Counted from the first letter of the stretch, positions 50,385-61,046 are shown. The stretch is 64,000 nt of DNA from Candidatus Poribacteria bacterium (GCA_965198235.1 OZ240248.1:3008001-3072000); one strand, 5' to 3'. The notes: generated from the sequence alone by a model not told the origin. Made by a program: numbers and translations.

Positions 50385-51203
50385 TCATTCGGGGACATCC
50401 ACTTTAAAGAGATCTATGAGTTCATTCAACGCTTTCCGCTGCCCGTGATCGCGGCTTTCAAGTTCATGAAGTGCCGCCGGAATCTCGTCCTTATGTGCAT
50501 CGAACGGGAGCCACCAAGATGAGTCCGCATGGTGGAACTGCTTTGCATAGACCCAGCGTAAGAACACCGTCATTCGGGGATAAGCCTTGTGGTTCCACCG
50601 TCGTCCAGCGTGCCGCGTATTTGGCAGAAACACAATGAAATCACCGGCGTTCACCGGGACATTGTGAACCGTCGGTGACGGGTCATCCATCGTGATGTCC
50701 TCTGGATACTGGAAGTTGGATTTGTGGCTTCCCGGAATGCAGGCAAATCCGTTGCTGGGTGGCACATCTACGAGCGAAACGGAGAGATTAAAGAAACTCG
50801 CGAAGATCTCATCGTTAGCGACTTGATATTGGTGTTGTGGACTCCGAAACCAGCCTTTATGTCCGCCGTGCAGTTCCAAACCGTCAGCGTTGGGATAGCA
50901 AATATTCGCTACCACATCAAAGACTCGCGGATGGTTCCAAGTCAGGGCGGTCGCCACGCGCAGGATTTCTGGATTCAAGATAAGCCGTTGGAACGCTTCA
51001 TGTCCATAATGCATGTTGTAGACCCACCACGGCTTCCCCTCTGGGGCGTTGATTCGCATGGGGAGCTTAAAGTCTGCCGCGTCCCATTTGTACCACTCAA
51101 ACATCTGTGCCTTCATCAGTTCAACATCCGCTTCCGGCACGGCGTTACGCACTACAAAATAGCCGAGCAGATCAAGATGCCATTTTTCTTCCTGTGTCAG
51201 CAT
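50385..51203 (-). CDS. Phytanoyl-CoA dioxygenase (PhyH) family protein
   Basis: GYFVVRNAV, LHGG, CIPGSHK, AGDFIVF...RHA. Confidence 0.85.
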   Translation of the reverse strand: MLTQEEKWHLDLLGYFVVRNAVPEADVELMKAQMFEWYKWDAADFKLPMRINAPEGKPWWVYNMHYGHEAFQRLILNPEILRVATALTWNHPRVFDVVANICYPNADGLELHGGHKGWFRSPQHQYQVANDEIFASFFNLSVSLVDVPPSNGFACIPGSHKSNFQYPEDITMDDPSPTVHNVPVNAGDFIVFLPNTRHAGRRWNHKAYPRMTVFLRWVYAKQFHHADSSWWLPFDAHKDEIPAALHELESRDHGQRKALNELIDLFKVDVPE

Positions 51204-52069
51204 AGTTCCTCTCCGGTCTCCAGTTTTTTGAGGATCCGTTTGGCAAACCCCTTTTCATTTCGTTGGATCGATTCCAATTCGTATTCGTCGTCAGAGATGC
51301 AATCTCGGTATTTCTCTATCGGCAAATTGTAGTTCTCATTGAAATAGAAACTGAATTGATACCGATTGAAAACAACTCGGCGTGGGTAGTCAACTTTCCA
51401 AAACTTTGTGCCGTGCATCAGTCGTGGTGAAAAAATCAGGCAATCCCCTGCCTTCAACTCAAAAGTGATTGCAGGTGCCCATTCGTTGTCGATCTCAAGC
51501 GTCGTAGGAAACGTAATTCGCGATTTATGCGTGCCGGGGATACACATGAAACCGTTGTCCTTCGGCACATCGACGAGCGTTATGGCGGTGTTGACGAAGT
51601 TGCTGTAGATCTGTCCGTTACCGGCTTGATAGTCGTTATGTGGGTTGTGGAATCCATCAGGGAATTCAAAACCACTGGTATCGCGATGAAATCTCTCCTT
51701 TTCACCTTCAGAGATGGGACGTTGCTTCTGCAAGACGAGGGCGCAATTAAAAAGCCGTGGACGGTTCCACATCAAGCCCATCACAATCCGTAGGACCTTC
51801 TCATTCAGCGATAAGCGTTCAAAAATTCGATCGCCGTACTGAATATTGTTCAGGACACCGCTGCGTTCGTCTTGGGTGACATTCACCGGTTCAGGTGCAG
51901 TTTCAGGATCCGCAAACCATTCGTTTGCGATCTCAAGCATCCGTTCAACCTCTGCTGGCGATACCACCTGCCGAAGTGCTAAGTAGCCAAACAGATCGTA
52001 GTGCCACTTCTCCTCTTCTGTCAGTGTAGACGGAAGATTGATGGCACTGTCCTCACCGCGAATTAGCAT
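51197..52069 (-). CDS. Phytanoyl-CoA dioxygenase (PhyH) family protein
   Basis: GYLALRQVV, FHRD, CIPGTHK, AGDCLIFSPRLMHG. Confidence 0.85.
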   Translation of the reverse strand: MLIRGEDSAINLPSTLTEEEKWHYDLFGYLALRQVVSPAEVERMLEIANEWFADPETAPEPVNVTQDERSGVLNNIQYGDRIFERLSLNEKVLRIVMGLMWNRPRLFNCALVLQKQRPISEGEKERFHRDTSGFEFPDGFHNPHNDYQAGNGQIYSNFVNTAITLVDVPKDNGFMCIPGTHKSRITFPTTLEIDNEWAPAITFELKAGDCLIFSPRLMHGTKFWKVDYPRRVVFNRYQFSFYFNENYNLPIEKYRDCISDDEYELESIQRNEKGFAKRILKKLETGEELC

Positions 52070-52159
52070 AACGTCTCCTCAGGATTTTGGTGGACTTGCA
52101 GCCCAATTAATATTAAAAAGGCACAACTTGCACAGAATAAATCGGCAGCATTTTTTGAA

Positions 52160-52669
52160 TCAAAAAAGTTTCCATTGGCTGACGACCTCACCTGTATTTG
52201 CATCAACCAATTTATTGTCGTCCTTCAACAAGTAGGTACCGCCGACTTTTACATCAGCAGAAAATTTTGACAGGGTTTGGATAGTGCTCCCCGTATCATT
52301 CTGAAAAAAATGACGGTGTATGGTCGTTACCGACATATCACGCTTTCCCGGCAGGACCAAAATTTCGTCAATAGCGATCTCCTCGTGTGCATTAATCTGC
52401 TTGTGCACAGCTAATTTGCCATCAATTCGGAACGCGATTAACTTATACCGTTGGAGCCACCCGCCCTTGGTATCAATTTGGATAGTGGCAAGTTCGGATT
52501 TTGGCAACTGTGGTGCTTCATATTCACCTGTTGGCATAAATACGCCGCAACCGACAAACGGCAGAGATAGAAGTATACCTGCGAGTAGAACAAGGGTGCT
52601 CAATCTTTGTTTTACCTGTTGAGTTCGGGTGCTATTGACGTAGCAACGTATCCACTTATCGTGTTTCAT
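52160..52669 (-). CDS. Hypothetical lipoprotein
   Basis: Hydrophobic stretch ending FVGC. Confidence 0.55.
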   Translation of the reverse strand: MKHDKWIRCYVNSTRTQQVKQRLSTLVLLAGILLSLPFVGCGVFMPTGEYEAPQLPKSELATIQIDTKGGWLQRYKLIAFRIDGKLAVHKQINAHEEIAIDEILVLPGKRDMSVTTIHRHFFQNDTGSTIQTLSKFSADVKVGGTYLLKDDNKLVDANTGEVVSQWKLF

Positions 52670-53555
52670 TTTTTCTCCTAAACCTTGCTTGCTCATTTAT
52701 AAAATCTACTACAAATTGCCTAAGTGATGCTTTCACTTCATCGGGCTTCTCTACCCAAGGATAGTGTCCTGATTCGGGAATCAACGCAAACGTGCTACGA
52801 GATAGTTTGGAGGCGAGCGTCTCTATAAAGTGACTCGGGCGAGGATCGCAAGCCCCGTGAAGAAAAAGAACAGGCATGGGCAGATTGTAAACGGATTGTC
52901 GGAATCTTGAATCTTTGGTGTAATTCTTCCAGTCCGCACCGACTTTTTCGTTCGCTTCATTGCTCACAGGATATTCATCAAAACTTGGAAGATTGTCAAC
53001 TTGGTTCGAGTCAAATACATCTGTCATGCGACTTAAAGTGCGAAGCCTGCTTAATATTCGTTCCCCATCAGCACCTTTAGCACGTTCTCTTTTTGCACGG
53101 AGATGTTGATATTCTTCACGCTCTGATTCATTCAGTGCCTTTAACCGATTTTCGCTATATTTGTCGTGCCATCGGACATCAATACCTGTGCCTGCGATGT
53201 GCAGAACGGCTATCGTCCGAGTTGGAAATCTAACCGCGTAAGCTAAAGCAAGTCCCGCACCCCACGAATGCCCCCCAACAATCCAACGTTCAAAATTGAA
53301 ATGTTTTCTCAATCCTTCTAAATCATTGACAAATGTGGACACATTGTAGGGGTCCACCGGTTGTGAGCGACCACTTCCACGTTGGTCGTATCGGACAACC
53401 TGACATACATCAGTAGCCATATCGGCGACTGGTCCGAGATAGTCGTAACCACCGGGACCGCCGTGACAAAGCACCATCGGTATTCCTTTGCCTTGAACGG
53501 CTGTCCAAAGCCGGACACCATTAATCTGAAGTACTTGCTCTTGGGACACTTTCAT
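52656..53555 (-). CDS. Alpha/beta hydrolase (proline iminopeptidase-like)
   Basis: HGGPGG, YDQRGSGRS, GHSWG, SGHYPW. Confidence 0.9.
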   Translation of the reverse strand: MKVSQEQVLQINGVRLWTAVQGKGIPMVLCHGGPGGYDYLGPVADMATDVCQVVRYDQRGSGRSQPVDPYNVSTFVNDLEGLRKHFNFERWIVGGHSWGAGLALAYAVRFPTRTIAVLHIAGTGIDVRWHDKYSENRLKALNESEREEYQHLRAKRERAKGADGERILSRLRTLSRMTDVFDSNQVDNLPSFDEYPVSNEANEKVGADWKNYTKDSRFRQSVYNLPMPVLFLHGACDPRPSHFIETLASKLSRSTFALIPESGHYPWVEKPDEVKASLRQFVVDFINEQARFRRKNETR

Positions 53556-53643
53556 CCCCTGTATTTAATAATATTAATGGGTTGTTATGAGGATACAAGT
53601 TTTAGACACACAAGTCAACAAAAAAATCAGTTTGATTTTTTCA

Positions 53644-53672
53644 TTGACAATCTTCCTCAAATTTGCCATTAT
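53644..53672 (+). promoter_or_regulatory. Sigma70 promoter candidate
   Basis: TTGACA-N17-CATTAT upstream of the LamG gene. Confidence 0.45.
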
Positions 53673-53761
53673 GTCGACAATCGAAATGTGATAAAAGCGA
53701 TTCAGAGGATATCTGTTAATTTTTCACATCGTATCGCTGAACTGGAAAAATGGAGGCTGTC

Positions 53762-54565
53762 ATGAAACCGAAACGTTTAAATTGGTGGGCATTTCGAACC
53801 GGTTTTGCCCTCCTCTGTACTTTCATCTTAATTATTGGGGTGGAAGCTCAAGTTGTTACGGACGGCTTAGTGAGTTATTACACGCTTGACAAAAATGACA
53901 TCGTCGGCGATACCGTTAAAGATCTCGTTGGCGGCAAGGATGGAACAATCGTCGGTGAGCCGGAGTCCATCGAAGGTCATCTCGGAGGCGCACTCAATTT
54001 TGGCGGAAAACCGGATTGTGTGGAGCTGCCGATCATTTTCAATATCGGGGAGAAACCAGCGTCGTATGAAGCGTGGTTTTTGAAAACCCCTAACAGTCGC
54101 ATCGGTTGGCAATATATCCTGACAAACAAAACGAATTTCTTTGATCATTTCTTTCGGTTGGGCTTTAATCAGAATACCGGACAACTCCGATACTATACCG
54201 AGCAAGCCAACAACGTCAGAAAAGCGTGGGTAACCGATGAGGATTACGCCGATGGCAAATGGCACCATGTAGTGGCGACACGCGAAGAGGATAAGGCACA
54301 GGTGTATGTCGATAGCGTCCTCGTCAAAGAGGAGGAGGCAATGTCCGGCAATCTAGGCGGCGGTGAGACGAACTGGAACATCGCTCAAGATGGTAATACC
54401 GATGGGTACTTGATAGGTGCGGTGGACGAAGTGCGCATCTACAAGAAAGTGCTAACCGTAGAGGAAATCAAGCAGAACTTCGAGTCACAGGGCTTGGCGG
54501 TCCAGCCCATCGGGAAGTTGAGTCTCACTTGGGGACGGATTAAAGCCGCGCAATCTTACCGTTAA
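53762..54565 (+). CDS. Secreted LamG-like jelly-roll protein
   Basis: Signal peptide, GLVSYYTLD, WHHVVAT, GAVDEVRIY; tail VQPIGKLSLTWGRIK; GGAGG SD. Confidence 0.85.
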   Translation: MKPKRLNWWAFRTGFALLCTFILIIGVEAQVVTDGLVSYYTLDKNDIVGDTVKDLVGGKDGTIVGEPESIEGHLGGALNFGGKPDCVELPIIFNIGEKPASYEAWFLKTPNSRIGWQYILTNKTNFFDHFFRLGFNQNTGQLRYYTEQANNVRKAWVTDEDYADGKWHHVVATREEDKAQVYVDSVLVKEEEAMSGNLGGGETNWNIAQDGNTDGYLIGAVDEVRIYKKVLTVEEIKQNFESQGLAVQPIGKLSLTWGRIKAAQSYR

Positions 54566-54696
54566 CGATTGTCAAATTCAGACAACATAAATGGTTCATT
54601 TCTTGACAAAAATCCAGGGTAACACAGAAACTTCCCAAGGTACTGAACCTTCGGGTGGTTCTGCTAAACTCTATCCGTTAGAAACGGGGACTGACA

Positions 54697-55915
54697 ATGA
54701 AAGTAGATCCGCAACAACTCATTGATGATGGCTATATTGTACTGAGACAGGTTGTTCCACCTGATCAGTTGGAGGCGTTGAGAACGAGTTATGAAACCCT
54801 CGTTGAGAAGCAAAAGGTGGTCTGGGCACGAGAACGGAAGCCGGAAGAAAAACCGGGAGGCGTTTGGACAACGAGCGCGCAACCGAGGGTGTTTTTCGAT
54901 GAGGTCGTTGACACAGCAACCGCGAATACCGTCGAATTTTGCCTGCATGAGAACACACTCGGTGTGAGCCAGCAGCTCATGAGAGCACCCGATGCGGCGA
55001 TCACACTGATGGCACTGATGTGTAATCCGGTACGAGACCACGGTCCCGCCAGTTGGCACCGTGATATTGACCCCACGGTACAGGCACCGCTCAAGGGAAT
55101 GCAAATGGACGTGGTCAAAAACGGACCAGGGTATGTCCAATGGAATATCCCGCTTTACGACGATAGCGTGTTCTGGCTCGTGCCGAGAAGCTACTGCCGT
55201 CCAAACACACCGGAGGAACACCAACACCTATTGACACGACCACAGCAGCCGATGCCGGGTGGAATTCCAATCGAACTTTCAGCAGGAGATGGGGTTGTCT
55301 ATAGCCATATGGGCTTGCACTGGGGCAGTAACTATAGCACAAAATTGCGACGGACAGTTCATCTCGGATATCGCACCTTCGGTGGAGATTCGTACCCGAT
55401 CGTTGATCATTTTTACTGGAATTTGGGATTTACGCAGCACCTTTCGGCTGAGGCTCGCACCCAATTTGAACATTTCTTCCAACTTCAGCAGCAGCAGAGC
55501 AATGTGATTGAGGCAACCTTCCACGCCATCCGTAACAAGGACACTGACGGTTTTCGAGATGGGGTGGCGAAACTGCACCCGGGTGAAGAGGAACGCATGG
55601 TCGCGGTCGTATTCCTCTCAAAGTTAGCAGATAAAGTCCATAAACTCAAAGATCCCGAGATCAGCAAACTTTCGATTGATGAACGCATCGGCGCAATCTC
55701 TGCGCACCGACTCAATTTCCATCTCTATGAGGATTTCTCGGATCGCTTTTCCGCCGAAGATGCCGAATGTATCTGGCAGCGATTTTCGACGCTATATGAG
55801 AAATCGAGGCAGAAATTGCCCGGTCTGTACCTGACAGAGCATCTCGTGTGATGCGCTATCAACTGACGGATATGCCAGCGAATTTCGAGGTGGAGGATTT
55901 CATTCGGAGTTGGTA
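54697..55915 (+). CDS. PhyH-family dioxygenase; apparent 1-nt frameshift near 55801
   Basis: DGYIVLRQVV, WHRD, WNIPLYDD, AGDGVVY..LHWG; the shifted frame continues IEAEIAR...NFEVEDFIRSW*. Confidence 0.75.
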
Positions 55916-55932
55916 GAAATGTTGAACAACTT

Positions 55933-56021
55933 TCAAACGACTTGAGTCAATCCGATGTGTCCGTCGTGCGACAGATGTGCGACTTGCGCTGGAAGATTGA
56001 ACAACTTTGCCGTGAAGCGAA
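55933..56021 (+). pseudogene. Short IS701-like transposase remnant
   Basis: SNDLSQSDVSVVRQMCDLRWKIEQLCREA resembles the RWxIExxxRExK signature. Confidence 0.45.
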
Positions 56022-56035
56022 CAGGAGAATTACTA

Positions 56036-57172
56036 TTGACACATAATCGAAGTGTAATCATCAAAATTGAGGCGGGTTCGGTTAAGCGGGACAATGACCT
56101 CGTCCGCATGCGTTTCAAACCGAAACGTTACTTTCCCGATTGGCAAGAAGGGATTTCAGTACTTGCGATGTCCACAGCTGATGCAGACGGCCATGTCTCC
56201 GACGAGGATGTGCCATGTCAATTCGAGCCGACGCTACGTGAACTTGCATGGCAGACAAGCGAACTTCCGGCGGGGACATCGGCATATTACGCGATCCGAC
56301 AGATCTGTGAGCCACCACCAAAAGCCCGTTATCAGATCGAACAGAAACCCGCGCATCTGCTCATTTCTGCCGATGACGCGTTATTTGCACGATACAACTT
56401 TCTCGGTGTCTGGAAGCCTTACTTTTGGCCCCTTAACGGGAATCATGGGACTGTGGTCCGCGGGGCTGGCGGTGGCGACCATCCGCATCACACAGGACTT
56501 TACCTCGCCTACGGCGGGCACGGTGAAGGTGGGTCTGCGAACATCTGGTCTGACTGGGACGAACCACCTTATGGACCCTGCGGGAAGATGTTGCACCAAC
56601 GCTTTGTCCGAATCACTGAAGGGAACGTCTATGCTGAATTTGTCGAAGACTTGATCCATGTCACGGGAGATGGTGAAGTTATCATGACAGAAACGCGGAC
56701 CGCTCGGGTATGGTATGGGAGCAATACGCGGCGGTTTCTGGAAATTATTCACGAAACGACACCGCCGTTGGACATCGGTGATCGGCAATTTCTCTTTGTG
56801 GCGCGTATGAATCCGTCAATGGGTATCCCGGAGAAAGGGCACGTTGAAAATTCTGAGGGACAGATTGGCAGAACAGAGGTGCATCATCAACGGGCGCGAT
56901 GGTGTGATTTAGGAGGCACAGTGGGAGATGGGGTGGCGGGTATCGCGCTGTTTGATCATCCAGAAAACGCTGAACATCCGGGCTTTTTCGGGGAAATCGC
57001 TGTGCAGGAACAGATGAGCATCCTCCACCATCCACCTGATGAACTGGAAGATGACCGTTTCCGTCTGCGATTTGGGGTTTACGTCCACGCAGGTGTTACA
57101 CCGGCGGCAGATGTCGAACGATATTATCAATGCTATGCAAATCCGGTGCAGGCGGAGGTCTTGAGGGACTGA
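56036..57172 (+). CDS. DUF6807 (PmoA-like family) protein
   Basis: KPYFWPL, DHPHHTGL, GIALFDHPEN; AGGAG then TTG start. Confidence 0.75.
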   Translation: MTHNRSVIIKIEAGSVKRDNDLVRMRFKPKRYFPDWQEGISVLAMSTADADGHVSDEDVPCQFEPTLRELAWQTSELPAGTSAYYAIRQICEPPPKARYQIEQKPAHLLISADDALFARYNFLGVWKPYFWPLNGNHGTVVRGAGGGDHPHHTGLYLAYGGHGEGGSANIWSDWDEPPYGPCGKMLHQRFVRITEGNVYAEFVEDLIHVTGDGEVIMTETRTARVWYGSNTRRFLEIIHETTPPLDIGDRQFLFVARMNPSMGIPEKGHVENSEGQIGRTEVHHQRARWCDLGGTVGDGVAGIALFDHPENAEHPGFFGEIAVQEQMSILHHPPDELEDDRFRLRFGVYVHAGVTPAADVERYYQCYANPVQAEVLRD

Positions 57173-57342
57173 GATTTTTAGGCGATAACAGTCCCCACCG
57201 CAACTAAAACGGTCTGTCATCTCACATTGACATACTGCATTGTCCCCGCTATTTTCACAGTTGTCCGGGCATCAATACAATCGTTTTATCGCGACTGGGA
57301 GGTTACCCCTACAAAGAAAAACCTCCGCAAACCGTCTCCAAT

Positions 57343-58161
57343 TCACTGCGGCCGCTTGCGGTGCTTTACATCCAGTTCGCGAAGGAGTGCCATAGTGTCC
57401 TCAAACGGCAGTTCATCCGTTGAAGCCGTGTGTTCGATGTAGTCGCGCGTCTTGTTGTTGAGCACACTATAAAAGGCACGCACCTCAGGGTCGGGATGGT
57501 CTCGCCAAAGTTCAACAGGTATCAACGAGTCCTCGCTCAAGTACCGACGGTTCGGATGCCCGTAATAGACTTGCACCGTCTTGCGTTCTTTCTGAGTGGG
57601 ACGGGTCGTAGCGGTATGTAAAACACCGATGTTGAATAGCACGCCTGTCCCGGCGGGACCGTACAAATCGACAATTCCGCCACGCTCCAACTGCGCGTCT
57701 GTTTCAAGAATCTCAGCTTCCACCGATTCCGGTGATAAGGAGAAACAGTGCGTCGTTTCATCAACATCGCTCAAATACAGCATCAATTGTATGAACCCGA
57801 TGCGCAACGGATGTTCAAGCCAGTGCTTGGGACCATCTCGATGCCAGCCGCGATTCAGTTCACCATCGTACGGTGACATGTGCCGGATGCAGATTTCTGA
57901 AAAGCAAGGGGCATTGCCCATCAGTGTGTGTAGGCAATCCATGACGATCGGATGCCGAATTGCATTGTCGAATTCAGGTGAAGTCAGAAGTGCATCGCAA
58001 TTCACGGTCTGGTAATGTCCAATACGATACCAGTGATCTTCAACTTCAGTGTGGTCCCGGTCAAAGGTATGAGCGAAATGCTCAACCTCGGCATCGCTCA
58101 GAATCTTACCGAGTGAGACGTAGCCATTTTCTTTAAAAAACGCATAATCTGCTGGCTTCAT
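57343..58161 (-). CDS. PhyH-family dioxygenase
   Basis: FFKENGYV, GWHRD, LMLYLSDV, GPAGTGVLFN..LH. Confidence 0.85.
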   Translation of the reverse strand: MKPADYAFFKENGYVSLGKILSDAEVEHFAHTFDRDHTEVEDHWYRIGHYQTVNCDALLTSPEFDNAIRHPIVMDCLHTLMGNAPCFSEICIRHMSPYDGELNRGWHRDGPKHWLEHPLRIGFIQLMLYLSDVDETTHCFSLSPESVEAEILETDAQLERGGIVDLYGPAGTGVLFNIGVLHTATTRPTQKERKTVQVYYGHPNRRYLSEDSLIPVELWRDHPDPEVRAFYSVLNNKTRDYIEHTASTDELPFEDTMALLRELDVKHRKRPQ

Positions 58162-58265
58162 GTGATTTTCCTCGCCTCAATGCTCTGCAATTGCGGTCGG
58201 GAGACCACTCCTACAGTAGTCTGTGGGTTCATTATTGTCGGGATTTTGTAGCGCATCTGCAGTTT

Positions 58266-59372
58266 CTACCGATTCGCTTGTAATCTCCGAATTCGGGCGG
58301 GCGTATCGTCATGCTGAATTTCCGAGGAAAGAATCCGGAGGCTCCGATCTTCAATCGGTAGCTCCACTTTTACACCGCCACGGCGATGCGATTCTCGGAG
58401 TGCAACCGCTACCTCTAACGCAGCACGCCCATCTTCTCCTGAACACTTCGGAGAAGTCCCGTTCTCAATGGCGTTAATGAGATCTTCAACGATCGTTAAT
58501 CCCATTCCCTGCATCCGCACGGGCCACGGGAACGGACATTTTGCAGGTACACCCTGTCCGCGCCGTCCACCCGGAATCACACGAATCAACTCAAACGTTT
58601 CAGCGTTGTTGACGGAACGGATACGTCCTGTTGTGCCGATGACATCGACCTCCCACGGTGCTGCGCCACACGATGTACTTCGGAGATACGCACGCACACC
58701 GTTATCAAACACAAGGTAGCCGTTTCCCTGCAGGTCAGTTTCACCCGCGGCGGCTTCGTCGGACTCCATTTCACCGAAAACCCATTCAACATTTCCGCCT
58801 GCCATGTAGCGTAAGATGTCAATAGCGTGGCTGCCGTTATGTGAAAGTCCGCACTGTGCATAGACTGTCACTTGAAGGACATCGCCGATTTCGCCTTCGT
58901 CAATAAGTTTTCGGGCTTCGCTAAAGAAGGGGTTCCAGCGTCGCGCACAATTGATTGCCAGCGCGACACCTTCTGCTCGGCAGGTATCCACCATCGCGTC
59001 CGCTTCGGCGAGACTGAGCGCAATCGGTTTTTCTGCCCAGATTGCCTTGACACTGGAGCGCGCTATATCTTGCACAATGGTTGCCCGCACGCGTGCTGTC
59101 GTGCAAACGCTGACGATGTCCAGATTTTCCTTCTCCAGCATTTCACGATAATCGCTGTAGATATGGTCAGAACCCAATCCCCACCGTTCGCCGAAAATCG
59201 CTGCCTGCTCGGCGTGCAGATCAGTCCCCGCAGCCAGTTCTACATTCGGCGCAGCATGGTAAGTTGGACCGTGGCAATACGGTAGAAAGATCGAACCACC
59301 TTGCGTAATTTCATCATCGAAAGTACTCCCCATACGTCCCAAACCGATTACACCTGCTCGATAAGTTGTCAT
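58266..59372 (-). CDS. Gfo/Idh/MocA family oxidoreductase
   Basis: IGLGRMG, LDIVSVCT, AEKPIA, GSHAID. Confidence 0.92.
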   Translation of the reverse strand: MTTYRAGVIGLGRMGSTFDDEITQGGSIFLPYCHGPTYHAAPNVELAAGTDLHAEQAAIFGERWGLGSDHIYSDYREMLEKENLDIVSVCTTARVRATIVQDIARSSVKAIWAEKPIALSLAEADAMVDTCRAEGVALAINCARRWNPFFSEARKLIDEGEIGDVLQVTVYAQCGLSHNGSHAIDILRYMAGGNVEWVFGEMESDEAAAGETDLQGNGYLVFDNGVRAYLRSTSCGAAPWEVDVIGTTGRIRSVNNAETFELIRVIPGGRRGQGVPAKCPFPWPVRMQGMGLTIVEDLINAIENGTSPKCSGEDGRAALEVAVALRESHRRGGVKVELPIEDRSLRILSSEIQHDDTPARIRRLQANR

Positions 59373-59427
59373 CTTGTTTCCTCCAAGAGAGTTATGCCAA
59401 ATAACAGAAGTTTTGATAGCAATATGT

Positions 59428-59898
59428 TTACAAGAAAGTATCTGCGTTCAACACAGAATCTGGCCCACGGATACCATTTTGCGCCAATGTCTGAAGATAT
59501 TTACCCCTTTTCACGCTTGATGCAGTTTTTCCCGTAGAAATCCAGTGGTAAGTACTCTGACCTTCCAAACCCTCAAGGTTTTTTGCGGAAAGTTTACGCC
59601 ACTGCTTTAACCACCCTAACCACCCTAATTTCGCTGTGACTTCTCCTACTTTACGCGTATTATCCGCCGAATGAACTTCAACATAGTAAACCCTGTCTCT
59701 ATAACCGAACACGTAATCCCAACGAGGTGCGTTCGGATAACGCCTTTCAAGACACTTGTCTATATAAACACTACCTTTTAGGTCGCGCGATGAGTTGACT
59801 TTTATTTTAGTTTTATCTTGCCGCTCTAATGCTTGTAACCCATTTTCCAGACATTTGGCAATTTCTGGAATGCTCTGAATAGCATCGGTAAAATTCAA
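59428..59898 (-). CDS. Hypothetical protein, possible PD-(D/E)xK-like nuclease
   Basis: RWDY...YYVEVH; TTG start overlaps the ATPase stop by 4 nt. Confidence 0.55.
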   Translation of the reverse strand: MNFTDAIQSIPEIAKCLENGLQALERQDKTKIKVNSSRDLKGSVYIDKCLERRYPNAPRWDYVFGYRDRVYYVEVHSADNTRKVGEVTAKLGWLGWLKQWRKLSAKNLEGLEGQSTYHWISTGKTASSVKRGKYLQTLAQNGIRGPDSVLNADTFL

Positions 59899-61046
59899 AG
59901 ATCACTCTCCCACACGGCTCTTGTGACAACATCAGCAGATTTAGTACTAAATAGTGTAAGACCACCCCAATCCGATACTGCTTCATCCGGATGCTCAGCA
60001 TCTAATGTTGAAATGTCTTTAACATTCACAACACTCTCCTGACGAGAGAAATAATAGGTTTTGAAAGTTTTTTCATCCAAAATGGTCTCTGTGAGGTCCT
60101 TGGAATAGGCACTTACTTTCAAATCCAACAACTGTCTTAACCGTGCTGGAGCAGTTTTTGATTTAGCAATAAATCGAATTGCCCAGATAAGTTCTAAAAT
60201 TTGGGCTGAATGCGTAGAGACGATAACTTTGTAGCCGCGCCTTAGAAGCTCTAAAAAAATAAGAAGCACTGCTGAAATTGCTTTCGGGTGTAACCCCATT
60301 TCCGGTTCTTCAATGACAACCCAATTTATGTTATCTTTTTTTTCCGCCTTTCCTGAAGGCATTAACCAATACAATCCCAATAGGAGGGGTGTAAATTCTC
60401 TCTGTCCGGTTGACCAAGTCATGAACGGTAGTTGACTGCCTGCCACGTCTAATACAATGCGCTTACGCAATCCGGACCTATCTAATTTGACCTCAGCTTC
60501 TCCAAAGATACTCTTCCCAATCGCGTCTCGGAGCGTTTTATTCATACGACCCACCTGTGGAAATATAGCACCTTCACCTGAGCCTAAACCCTTTTCCATC
60601 AATAGACGCAATTCCTCGCTGAATTCCTTAACCACATACGGATCACTTGTCGCGTAGTCTGTAAACGCGCGGGGCCATCCATCTTTAAGCGTTACAACCC
60701 GATGTGCTGGAATCAGAAAGAAAGTTTTATCTTTTTTTTTTCTTGATAAAGCTTTTCGGGGTGTAAAATCCACCTTATCAACGGTGACCTTTGTTATATC
60801 ATTCTGCCAAATCTGTTCCATTCCCTCGCCAAAATAGAGGGACAAAAAATTCTCCGACTTTTTCTGCCAATCAAAACCGTGTTTTTTGAGAGTTTGCGTA
60901 ATATTGCCTGCATCTGAAATTAACTTCACAAGTTGGAGCAGAATGCTCTTTCCACTTGCTTGTTCACCAACGAATACCGTCAAATCTCCAAAGGAGATGT
61001 TGGCTTCACGAATTTGTCCCAATGAAGTTAGTTCAATGCGTTCCAT
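59895..61046 (-). CDS. ABC-type (AAA_15/AAA_21-like) ATPase
   Basis: GEQASGKS, WSTGQ signature, VIEEPEMGLHP, VSTHS. Confidence 0.85.
   Translation of the reverse strand: MERIELTSLGQIREANISFGDLTVFVGEQASGKSILLQLVKLISDAGNITQTLKKHGFDWQKKSENFLSLYFGEGMEQIWQNDITKVTVDKVDFTPRKALSRKKKDKTFFLIPAHRVVTLKDGWPRAFTDYATSDPYVVKEFSEELRLLMEKGLGSGEGAIFPQVGRMNKTLRDAIGKSIFGEAEVKLDRSGLRKRIVLDVAGSQLPFMTWSTGQREFTPLLLGLYWLMPSGKAEKKDNINWVVIEEPEMGLHPKAISAVLLIFLELLRRGYKVIVSTHSAQILELIWAIRFIAKSKTAPARLRQLLDLKVSAYSKDLTETILDEKTFKTYYFSRQESVVNVKDISTLDAEHPDEAVSDWGGLTLFSTKSADVVTRAVWESDL

Noticed and set aside
54626-54663. Riboswitch upstream of the PhyH gene
   Set aside because: Only a single imperfect hairpin; no known aptamer consensus recognised.
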